Made by a program: the position numbers and the translations under genes. A DNA stretch of 64,000 nucleotides from Candidatus Foliamicus sp. GTDB taxonomy: Bacteria; Pseudomonadota; Gammaproteobacteria; Steroidobacterales; Foliamicaceae. This document shows positions 28,044-35,899 of the stretch, in pieces (position 1 is the first letter of the stretch; every line of letters begins with the position of its first letter). Under the pieces are notes generated by a model, which searched no databases, was not told where the DNA came from, and saw nothing but the letters and a program-made list of their open reading frames with translations. The stretch lies in the NCBI GenBank assembly GCA_965238055.1, contig OZ250178.1, forward strand, positions 2,649,184 through 2,713,183, written 5' to 3'.

Positions 28044-29255
28044 TTACGAGTTCCAGCGGAAGATGCGGGCGGCGTAGCCGGTGCGGAACTGCGTGCGGTT
28101 GGCGGGGAGTTGGGCGAAGCCGTCGGTTTGGGCCAGCGAAGCGAAGTCACCGGAAGTGTTGGTTTGGCGCGGGTGGGCGAGTAGCTGGCCGTTCCTGTCG
28201 GTGGAGAGGCGCACGGGGAGGAACCAGGTCAGGTTGGGCTTGAAGGTCACTTCCTCGGTCAGCGCCGCGTGTTCGAAGCCAGCGGGCCCCGCGCCTTGTG
28301 CCTTGTTGAGCGCGGGTATGACGTAGCGGCGCAGGCACACCAGGCTGGAGACGGGGTTGCCGGGCAGGCCGAAGATCGGTTTTTGGTCGTGCATTCCGAA
28401 CCAAAGCGGGAATCCGGGGCGCTGGCGGATGCGGTGGAAGACGGGCTTTGCGCCGAGTTGAGTCAGGACGCCGGGGACGTAGTCTTTCGCGCCTTTGGAG
28501 ACGCCGCCGCTCAAGATCAGCGCGTCGTTCCGGGTTAGGACTTCGCGGATTCGCCTGGCGAGTATTGTGGGGTCGTCGGGCGCGTGAATTGCGGTGACGT
28601 TGCCGAATCCATGGTGCTGGAGCTGGGCCGACATGGCGGGGCCATTGCTGGAGCGGATCTGCCAGCTCTCCGGGCGGGAATCCAGGCCGACGAGTTCGTC
28701 GCCGGTGGAGACAAGGGCGATGCGGGGATCGAGGCCTACTTGTGGTTTCGCTACGCCGTTTGCGCTAAGCAGTGCCATTTCGACGCCGCCGATGCGCTGG
28801 CCGGCCTTGAGCAGCAGGGCGCCGGCGCGTCGGTCGGAGGCTTGCTTGTGAATGAACTGGCCGCGCGTGGGGCGATACTCGTCGGCGATGCGTACGCCGC
28901 CTTTGGTCTCAGTGATTCGTTCGACGGGCACGACCGTATCGGCGCCTCCGGGAAGCGGTGCGCCGGTGGCGATTCGCCAGGCTGCGTGGGCACTGGATAG
29001 TCTGGCAGGGGCCTGGCCGGCGCTTTGTATTCCCTCCAAGGCGAATTCCCGCTGACCGGCGGACCAGGTGCGCCAGCGCAATGCAATCCCGTCCATGGTG
29101 GCGCGGTCGTACGGCGGCAGGTCGCGTTCGGCCAGCACGTTCTGTCGGAGCATGCGGCCTGTCGCGGCTTGAAGCGAGACTCGCTCGGCCGGCCAGAGTG
29201 GCGCCGTTTGCTGGATCAGGCGTTCGGCCTGGGCGACAGTCAGGTTGGTCTGCAT
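28044..29255 (-). CDS. moeA: Molybdopterin molybdotransferase
   Basis: PPYDRATMDGIA, IATGAPLPGGADTVVPVE, STGDEL, SGGVSKG, GLPGNPVS, SGDFASL. Confidence 0.95.
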   Translation of the reverse strand: MQTNLTVAQAERLIQQTAPLWPAERVSLQAATGRMLRQNVLAERDLPPYDRATMDGIALRWRTWSAGQREFALEGIQSAGQAPARLSSAHAAWRIATGAPLPGGADTVVPVERITETKGGVRIADEYRPTRGQFIHKQASDRRAGALLLKAGQRIGGVEMALLSANGVAKPQVGLDPRIALVSTGDELVGLDSRPESWQIRSSNGPAMSAQLQHHGFGNVTAIHAPDDPTILARRIREVLTRNDALILSGGVSKGAKDYVPGVLTQLGAKPVFHRIRQRPGFPLWFGMHDQKPIFGLPGNPVSSLVCLRRYVIPALNKAQGAGPAGFEHAALTEEVTFKPNLTWFLPVRLSTDRNGQLLAHPRQTNTSGDFASLAQTDGFAQLPANRTQFRTGYAARIFRWNS

Positions 29256-29270
29256 GGCTGCCTAGGTTAA

Positions 29271-29364
29271 CCCCCCGGGAACGAGGCCTGGGAACGAGGG
29301 CGTCCCGCCCTCGACGCTGGGAATGAGGGCATGCAGCCTTTCTCGAGGGCGAGACGCCCTCGTT
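29271..29364. repeat. REP-like cluster
   Basis: Several complete and partial GGGAACGAGGGCGTCCCGCCCTC copies plus GAGGGCGAGACGCCCTC. Confidence 0.85.
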
Positions 29365-29402
29365 TGTCTGTTGTAATGAAGCCACCCTCGGCGCCCTCAA
29401 AG

Positions 29403-30330
29403 TGCCGAGGGTGGCGGTGAACAGGAACACGATGAACAGGTAAATCGCGGTGGTTTGGGCACGCATGGATGGCGGCGTGAACAACTGCAGCGTCATGACG
29501 GCCGGCGGGAACACCCAGCTGCCAAAGAAAAGCAATGGAGCGTAGAGCATCAGGGAAATTGTCGGGTTGGGCATGAGAGTGGTGACTGCTGCCGTCGGCA
29601 ACAATACGAACGCGGCCACCATGGAGGACCGGATCGTGCCGCCACGGTCGCCAAGGCGGTGTCGACTGTCCGCATACATGCCTCCGAAGATGGACCCGAA
29701 GCAGCCGAAGATCCCTACGACCAGCCCCAATTGCAGGCCGACCGTGATCCTGGGAAGCTCGTGTATGCGGATGAAATACTCCGCGCCCCAGATGAGGACC
29801 GCGTTGAACAGCAGCGAGAGCATGCAGAACGCGGCGACGAGATTGCCGTAGATGGCAATGTTGTCCCACAGGAATTTCAGCAATTCCCGCACCGTCACGC
29901 CGCCTTCAACGGCGCCGTGACGCGCAGGTTCGCGGATGGTCATGCACAACAGGGCGATGACAATGCCGGGCAGGCCCACCAGGATCAGCGTGAGTTGCCA
30001 GGCGGCAAGCTGCCCGACCAGGGGCAGTTCAAGCGGCGGCCTCTGTTCCAGCGTGCCGACCAGCGCGCCTCCCAGGATTTGGCTGAGCCCGAAGCCCACG
30101 AACAGGCCGGTCTGGTAGGTGCCGAGCGCGCGGCCAACCTTGTCGCGGGGGAACAGGTCCGTGATCAGCGAATAGGCTGCAGGCGCCAGTGCTGCCTCTC
30201 CCACGCCGACCCGGGCAATAAACAGCTGGCCGAAGCTCCGCGCCAGGCCGCACAAGGCTGTCATCAGGCTCCAAAGGAAGATTCCGGCGGATACGATATT
30301 GCGCCGGTTGTTGCGATCCGCCAGCCGGGC
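29403..30330 (-). pseudogene. Internal fragment of an MFS (spinster-like) transporter, both ends missing
   Basis: RLADRNNRRNI..GEAALAPAAYSLITDLFP..RAQTTAIY. There is no start, and the first and last helices are absent; both ends abut REP-like sequence. Confidence 0.8.
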
Positions 30331-30350
30331 GACGCCCTCCTGCCCCGGGG

Positions 30351-31058
30351 TCAGGGGAAATGGAGTTCTATCTTGCCGTGTTTGCGGAATGCGGCGGCGA
30401 CGCGGTCGTATACGACGCCTACGCGGATCACGGTGAAGTCGCGGAAGTCGATGATGGTGCTGGAGTGCCCATCCGGGTTGGCGTACCTGGAAACCCCATA
30501 GTCAAAGTGCACGCTGGCCGCCTTGCGCACCGGCGCCTCGATGTCTTCGTAGCGGTATCTCGAGCCCTTGAGCGAGGTGTTCGCCGACGAGCCGAACACG
30601 GGCATTCCCCGTCCCCAGGACTGGCGTGCGATCTCGTCGTGAAACTGCCCGGCATTGAGCAGCATGTCCAGCGTCCCGGCCCTGGTGGAGGATTGCATGA
30701 CGAATGGATCTACTTCGGCGAAAAAGCCATGGTCCGCGTCGAACGGCGCCACGATCGAAAACGGGATCTTCTCCTCGCGCGCGATAGTTTCCGCCAGGTC
30801 ATGCTTCCAACCCTCCATGACGTGGATCGCGCGGCTGACTTCCACATTGGCGAACAGTCCCCCGGGCTTCTCGTAGCTTCGCTTCTTGGCGGCGTAAATG
30901 CGGCGTATGCCGGCCTCGGTGCAGGCGTTGATGGCATACGCCACGTCCAGCGGCGCGATCGCGGCCTTGCCGGCGGCGATCGTGTCCAGCAGCAGGGAAA
31001 CGTCCGCGCGCAACTGCCCGGCCGGAACCGGATCAGCGGTGGTGCGTTCTTTTTTCAT
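30351..31058 (-). CDS. Divergent YrdC/Sua5-like protein
   Basis: AKKRSYEKP (KxR), FGSSANTS (SxN) and SSTIIDF are retained; the PTETVYG motif is replaced by PLDVAYA. Confidence 0.7.
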   Translation of the reverse strand: MKKERTTADPVPAGQLRADVSLLLDTIAAGKAAIAPLDVAYAINACTEAGIRRIYAAKKRSYEKPGGLFANVEVSRAIHVMEGWKHDLAETIAREEKIPFSIVAPFDADHGFFAEVDPFVMQSSTRAGTLDMLLNAGQFHDEIARQSWGRGMPVFGSSANTSLKGSRYRYEDIEAPVRKAASVHFDYGVSRYANPDGHSSTIIDFRDFTVIRVGVVYDRVAAAFRKHGKIELHFP

Positions 31059-31066
31059 GAGCGAAG

Positions 31067-32440
31067 TTAGCAGCGGAAGGGTGCAAGAAGTGGGTCAATT
31101 GAACGAAGTTGGCGTAAATTCCCCAAGATAGCAAGAACCTCGGCGCCGTCAATGCCGTTATCTCCGGCGATCAGACCGTCAAACTTCGCGAGCAGCTCCT
31201 GGCGATGCATGGGCTTGGCCGGCGTGCCCAGGCTATCGAGCGAGTCGGCCCTGCGCTTGCCATCGCTGGTCTTGAGCTCCACCCAGCTTCCGAAGTGCTC
31301 CGGGAAAGCCTTCTGCATGGCCGGGTCGGCGACTGCTTCCACCCGGCCGGCAATTGCCAGGGTGCGGACGTCGGTAAGCGCGTCGCCCATGAATCCGGCA
31401 AGGGAGCGTGGCCCATAGTAGAGTGCCGCGCCGAGCGTAAACGGAAGGCTGTATTGCGCGGCCATTTCGGATGTGGGCCGGCGCAGCATGTGCTGGCTGA
31501 CCATGATGTCGGGCCCGCCTACCAGGATCGATTCGATTTTGTCCGGTTCCAGGTTGAAGTTGCCGGTAACCTCGGCCAGCGCGTCCAGCGTGGAGTGAAA
31601 CAGCCGGCAGCAGGGGTAGGGCTTGAAGCTGATGCGGTGGATCTCCGGGCCGCCCGGGTGAGGGCGGTTCAGCCGTTCCGGGGCGGAATTGGCGCCGAAA
31701 TTTCTGATCAGGCCGTAGCGGCCTTCCAACGCCTGCTCAGGCCCGGCGATGCCGAGGTCTGCGTGTTCCGCGGCCATGACGCCGTGCAATGCGGCATAGC
31801 CGCCATGGAGACGCTTGACCGTGGCGCCTTCGGGTTCCTGGCTGAACTGCATCGAACCGCCGGCCATCGACAGCACCAGGCCCCAGCCCCGCGCAAGCTG
31901 CCGCGGCGAGAGCTGCAAAAGCACGCCCGCTGCCGCCGCCGCGCCGAAGCCGACAAACAGGCTGGTGGGATGAAAGCCCCGCTCAATCGTCTCGGCGGCA
32001 TTGGTGGCCGCGCCCACGCGGCCGACCGCCTCGTAACCGGCATGGATTGCTGCAGCCATGCTTTGACCGCCGAGGCCGTGATGGGCGGCCAGCGTCAGAC
32101 TGGATGCGATCACCCCGGCGCCCGGATGGCTAACCGATTCATCGTGGGTATCGTCAAGCTCCAGGCCATGGGCGGATGTGGCGTTGACGAACGCCGCCAA
32201 TGCCGGCGCCAGACGCGTTTGCGATGCCAGGAGCGGGGCGTTGCCGGTGCCGGCGTGCGCCGCTACCCACTCCTGCAGCCGCCGTCCCCATGCCAGTTGC
32301 GAGCCGGCATTGCAGCAGCCCAGGTGGTCGAGAACCAGGTTCTGGATTTGCTCGAGATCGCGTTCGCTCAACGGCGTATCGCCGAGCGCCAGGAGTTCTT
32401 CAGCCAGCGCCAGGCTGCGCCCGTTTTCCGCAACGCTCAT
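31067..32440 (-). CDS. MmgE/PrpD family protein
   Basis: AHGLELDDTH..HPG, GFHPTS, KRLHGG, FKPYPCCR.FH, AQYSLPF. Confidence 0.9.
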   Translation of the reverse strand: MSVAENGRSLALAEELLALGDTPLSERDLEQIQNLVLDHLGCCNAGSQLAWGRRLQEWVAAHAGTGNAPLLASQTRLAPALAAFVNATSAHGLELDDTHDESVSHPGAGVIASSLTLAAHHGLGGQSMAAAIHAGYEAVGRVGAATNAAETIERGFHPTSLFVGFGAAAAAGVLLQLSPRQLARGWGLVLSMAGGSMQFSQEPEGATVKRLHGGYAALHGVMAAEHADLGIAGPEQALEGRYGLIRNFGANSAPERLNRPHPGGPEIHRISFKPYPCCRLFHSTLDALAEVTGNFNLEPDKIESILVGGPDIMVSQHMLRRPTSEMAAQYSLPFTLGAALYYGPRSLAGFMGDALTDVRTLAIAGRVEAVADPAMQKAFPEHFGSWVELKTSDGKRRADSLDSLGTPAKPMHRQELLAKFDGLIAGDNGIDGAEVLAILGNLRQLRSIDPLLAPFRC

Positions 32441-33759
32441 GCTGCAGTTTCTCCTTTTAACACTGCTTCAGTCGTACTCGCCGCCGCGAGCACGCGCATG
32501 TCGGAGAAGCGCGCGCCGACAAGCTGCACACCGACCGGCAATCCTGCGGGCCCCCTGAATCCCGGCACGGTCACGCACGGCATATGCAGCGCCGTGAACA
32601 GCCGGTTGAACGTCGCCTCGCCGTTGCCGTCCTTGCGCAGCGGCGCTTCGCCCGGCGCCGAGGGTGAAAGCCAGGCATCGAAGCCTGCAAGGCGGTCGTC
32701 GTATACCGGCCGCAAGCGCCCGATGCCGTCGTAGGACTCCGCCATCAGCGCCGGCGTGATGTCGCGATTGACCTCGACCTCTGCCACGATGTCCTCGTGC
32801 AGGCCCATCTTGCCGGCGCCGTACTCGGACAGCAGCGAGATCCGCGCCTCGCCGTGCATGATCACGTCCTGCCACTCGTTGAGGTTCTCGGACCCGGGAA
32901 TTTCAGCGACCGTTTCCACCCGGTGGCCGGCTGCGTCAAGAATCTTGGCCGCGGTTTCGACGGCCGATTGGCTGGCCGGTTCCGCCTCCTGCCAGTACGG
33001 GGTGCGGTAGAGGCCGATGCGCAGGCTTCGCCCTTCCTCCACAGGCTCCCAGGTTCCCAGCTGCAGTACTTCCGCGGCACACGCCAGCAGCGCCACGTCT
33101 TCGGCCATCCAGCCCACCGTATCCAGGCTGGGCGCGTGCATCCACAAGCCCTGCACCGGCACGCGCCCGTAGGTGGGCTTGAAACCGGTCACGCCGCAGA
33201 ACGACGCCGGGCGAATCACCGAGCCGCCGGTCTGCGTGCCCAGCGCCAGTGGCGCCATGCCTTCGGCCACGCAAGCGCCGGAGCCTGCCGACGAACCACC
33301 GGGCGTGTGTTTCGGATTGTGGGGATTGGTAGTGGAAGGATCGCGGCCGACGCCGGCGAACTCCACGGTGGCCGTCTTGCCCAGCAGCACGGCCCCCGCC
33401 TGGCGCAACAAACGCACACAGGCCGCGTCCTGCTCCGCTCGCCGGCCTTCGTAGCGTGGCGAGTTGCGCTGCGTCATCAGGTCCGCGGTATCGATCACGT
33501 CCTTTACGGCAAACGGCAAGCCGTGAAGCGCGCTGCGCGCACCCCTTGACTGCCGCTCCCGGTCCCTGGCGCGGGCCGTGGCCAGTGCCTGATCGGCGTC
33601 GTAGTCCACAAACGCCCGCACCACCTGGTCTCGCTGCTCAATCCGCTCGACACACTGCCGGACCGCCTGCTCGCTGGAAAGCTCCCCGGACTGAAGCCGT
33701 GCTGCGAGCGAAGGCAGGCCGCTCCTGCCCCCTACACTGTTCACTGGATCAGCCAGCAT
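32437..33759 (-). CDS. Amidase-signature family enzyme
   Basis: VKDVID, HTPGGSSAGS, GTQTGGSVIRPASFCG. Confidence 0.9.
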   Translation of the reverse strand: MLADPVNSVGGRSGLPSLAARLQSGELSSEQAVRQCVERIEQRDQVVRAFVDYDADQALATARARDRERQSRGARSALHGLPFAVKDVIDTADLMTQRNSPRYEGRRAEQDAACVRLLRQAGAVLLGKTATVEFAGVGRDPSTTNPHNPKHTPGGSSAGSGACVAEGMAPLALGTQTGGSVIRPASFCGVTGFKPTYGRVPVQGLWMHAPSLDTVGWMAEDVALLACAAEVLQLGTWEPVEEGRSLRIGLYRTPYWQEAEPASQSAVETAAKILDAAGHRVETVAEIPGSENLNEWQDVIMHGEARISLLSEYGAGKMGLHEDIVAEVEVNRDITPALMAESYDGIGRLRPVYDDRLAGFDAWLSPSAPGEAPLRKDGNGEATFNRLFTALHMPCVTVPGFRGPAGLPVGVQLVGARFSDMRVLAAASTTEAVLKGETAA

Positions 33760-33834
33760 GATTCACACGTCATAGTCCTGGTTCCCAGTGTCGTGTCCAT
33801 ACTTCAAGCGGATCGTTGCCAGCCAGACGCCGCG

Positions 33835-33948
33835 TCACAGCCAGGCCGTTGGAGCTGGCGCCGAAGCGGTCTCCACGTGCATCGGCTCATTGAACAGAAG
33901 CCCGGTAAGGATTTGTCTTGCTCTTGAGGCTGCATCACTACTCGACAT
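33835..33948 (-). pseudogene. Probable 5' fragment (37 codons) of an SNF2-type helicase-like gene
   Basis: AGGAG RBS, then MSSSDAASRARQILTGLLFNEPMHVET. From memory this resembles the N-termini of SNF2/DUF3883 helicases; needs BLAST. Confidence 0.35.
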
Positions 33949-33955
33949 CGCGCTC

Positions 33956-34372
33956 CTATAAACTCCTTTTGAAAGGATTGATGACCTTGAGGCTGGCGTA
34001 ATCCTGAGTGTCGCTGAAATCCTCTGAATAGACAGTGTCGCACCCAGAGGCCCTGGCCGCAGCGAGAATTGTGCAGTCCCAATAGGACAGGGCAAATTGG
34101 CTGCGAAACGCGAAAGCGTCTTCTACTATCGGCAAGCTGATTTCCTGTACCCGAAACCGCCGCATCGCCAATGCGAAGCTCACAGCTTCGGTATGCGTCA
34201 GGGCTCCAGGCCGTGTTGGCCTCGTTGCCTGGACGTAAAACTCCTGCAACACCTGGGCCGACAATGCCAAATCTCGCGACTCGAGTAGCGCAAGCGCTTG
34301 TCGGGACTTTGCCGCGTCTTCGGCTGCCGTGCTTACAGCGTAAAGAAGTACGTTGGTATCAACGAAGCGCAT
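33956..34372 (-). CDS. vapC: PIN-domain (VapC-like) toxin
   Basis: FVDTNVLLYA..LSAQVLQEF..SYWDCTILAAA..YSEDF. Confidence 0.9.
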   Translation of the reverse strand: MRFVDTNVLLYAVSTAAEDAAKSRQALALLESRDLALSAQVLQEFYVQATRPTRPGALTHTEAVSFALAMRRFRVQEISLPIVEDAFAFRSQFALSYWDCTILAAARASGCDTVYSEDFSDTQDYASLKVINPFKRSL

Positions 34373-34622
34373 CGCGGTCGTGCAGGGCTTCTCGATGGAG
34401 ATTGTCGATACTGCTCAGACCGGCTCCTCGCTCCCTGATTGCGCGTAAGGTTTCATCCTGCAAATGCTTGAGTTGCGTGAATTCGTCCTCTTGCGAGCGT
34501 CCCTGTATGAGCGAAACGAGAAAAGACCTGACCAATGCGGAGACCGACGTGCCCACCTCAGCGGCCTTGATTTTGGACCGGCGGTAGGTCTCGTCGTCAA
34601 TCGAGACAGTTATATTCTTCAT
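34359..34622 (-). CDS. vapB: RHH/CopG-type antitoxin
   Basis: MKNITVSIDDETYRR...SVSALVRSFL; overlaps the toxin start. Confidence 0.8.
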   Translation of the reverse strand: MKNITVSIDDETYRRSKIKAAEVGTSVSALVRSFLVSLIQGRSQEDEFTQLKHLQDETLRAIRERGAGLSSIDNLHREALHDRDALR

Positions 34623-34655
34623 GACTGTGGATCACGTTTACCGTGATCCACAGTC
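34623..34655. promoter_or_regulatory. Perfect 14-bp inverted repeat, likely TA autoregulatory operator
   Basis: GACTGTGGATCACG-TTTAC-CGTGATCCACAGTC immediately upstream of the antitoxin ATG. Confidence 0.6.
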
Positions 34656-34725
34656 TACTCTGGATTCGAGTGGAATCAAGCTGCTCACTCTATGGTGACG
34701 AGACTGGAGGAACGCGGACACCACA

Positions 34726-35886
34726 CTAGCCCGCCTTCACTGGCCTGCCGCCCACCCAGGTCCCGTGCAGGACCATGTCGGCGTCCAGTTCGACCAGGTC
34801 GGCCACATATCCGGGGCGGATGAAGCCGCGTTCCTGGTCCACGCCGATTGCGCGTGCGGGGTAGCTGGAAGCCATTCGGACGGCCTCGGTCCAATCCAGT
34901 TCGGCCATGCGCATGGTGTTTCGTACCGCCTCAATCATGCTCAGGTTGGAACCGGCCAGGGACCCGTTCTCGTCCCTCAGCACCCCTTCTCGCAACTCAA
35001 CCCGTTGGCCGTAAAGGTTGAAGGACCGGTTTTCCGTGCCCACGGTGGCCATGGCGTCGGTGATCAGTATCGCGGCTCCCTGCTCGCGGGCGTGCAGTGA
35101 CAAACGCAGCAGGGATGGATGCACGTGCCGGCCGTCGGCAATGATGGTGAACACGCTATCGGCGGAATCCAGCGCCGCGCCGATAATGCCGGGGTCGCGG
35201 CCGGAAACCGCTCTCATTCCATTGAACAGGTGCGTAAAGCCGCTCAGGCCGGCCTCCAGCGCCGCGCGGCATTGCTCGTAGCTGGCCTGCGAATGACCGG
35301 CAAAGACCACAAGACCGGCCTCGCACAGGCGTTCGATGGTCTCCGGCGCAACCTGTTCCGGCGCCAGCGTTGTCAGCGTGACAAGGCCCGGACCCAGGGA
35401 AGTAAGGATCTTCAGGCCCTCGTCATCGATTTCCCGCACCTGCGAACGCTGATGGGCGCCTCTGCGGTCCGGGTTGAGATAGGGGCCTTCGAGGTGGATA
35501 CCAAGGACGCCGGAAACGCCGTCTCTGCTGGCCTGCCGTACGGCGTCGATCGCTGCGCGCATTACCGCGTCGTAATCACTGATGAGCGCAGGAAGAAAGG
35601 CCGTCGTGCCGAATCGCGCGTGTGTTGCGCCAATCACACGCAGCGTGTCCACCGTGGGCGAATTGTTGAACAGGACTCCGCCGCCGCCATTGACCTGCAG
35701 GTCGATGAAACCCGGCGCAAGCCGGCGGCCCTGGACATTGATCACGGTGTCCGCACCGCTTACCGGCCGGCCATTGGGGACCAGGTCGGCGATCAGACCG
35801 TCCTCGATGAGGACTGAACAGTCCTCGTGCACCTCCTCGCCGGTAAAGACAGTGGCGTTGACCAGCGCCGTGGTCTGATTGCCCAT
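34726..35886 (-). CDS. nagA: N-acetylhexosamine-6-phosphate deacetylase (NagA/AgaA)
   Basis: PGFIDLQVNG, GIHLEGP, AGHS, THLFNGM, IADGRHVH, LITDAM, LAGS; within the aga operon. Confidence 0.9.
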   Translation of the reverse strand: MGNQTTALVNATVFTGEEVHEDCSVLIEDGLIADLVPNGRPVSGADTVINVQGRRLAPGFIDLQVNGGGGVLFNNSPTVDTLRVIGATHARFGTTAFLPALISDYDAVMRAAIDAVRQASRDGVSGVLGIHLEGPYLNPDRRGAHQRSQVREIDDEGLKILTSLGPGLVTLTTLAPEQVAPETIERLCEAGLVVFAGHSQASYEQCRAALEAGLSGFTHLFNGMRAVSGRDPGIIGAALDSADSVFTIIADGRHVHPSLLRLSLHAREQGAAILITDAMATVGTENRSFNLYGQRVELREGVLRDENGSLAGSNLSMIEAVRNTMRMAELDWTEAVRMASSYPARAIGVDQERGFIRPGYVADLVELDADMVLHGTWVGGRPVKAG

Positions 35887-35899
35887 CCCGGCGCGCAGC

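Larger units (their letters stand above)
33789..34725. mobile_element. Putative non-autonomous element bounded by TGT(C/G)GTGTCC inverted ends, carrying vapBC
   Basis: CCAG-TGTCGTGTCC (33785-33798) and GGACACCACA-CTAG (34716-34729) are inverted copies (12/14) and match the ends of 50218-50375. Confidence 0.45.

Noticed and set aside
28909-29400. C-terminal extension of the MFS ORF as a novel fusion domain
   Set aside because: It is read-through across a REP cluster into an alternate frame of moeA.
30351-31058. Housekeeping tsaC/yrdC
   Set aside because: The threonine-binding motif is altered and the context is a catabolic-type operon; kept only as YrdC-like.
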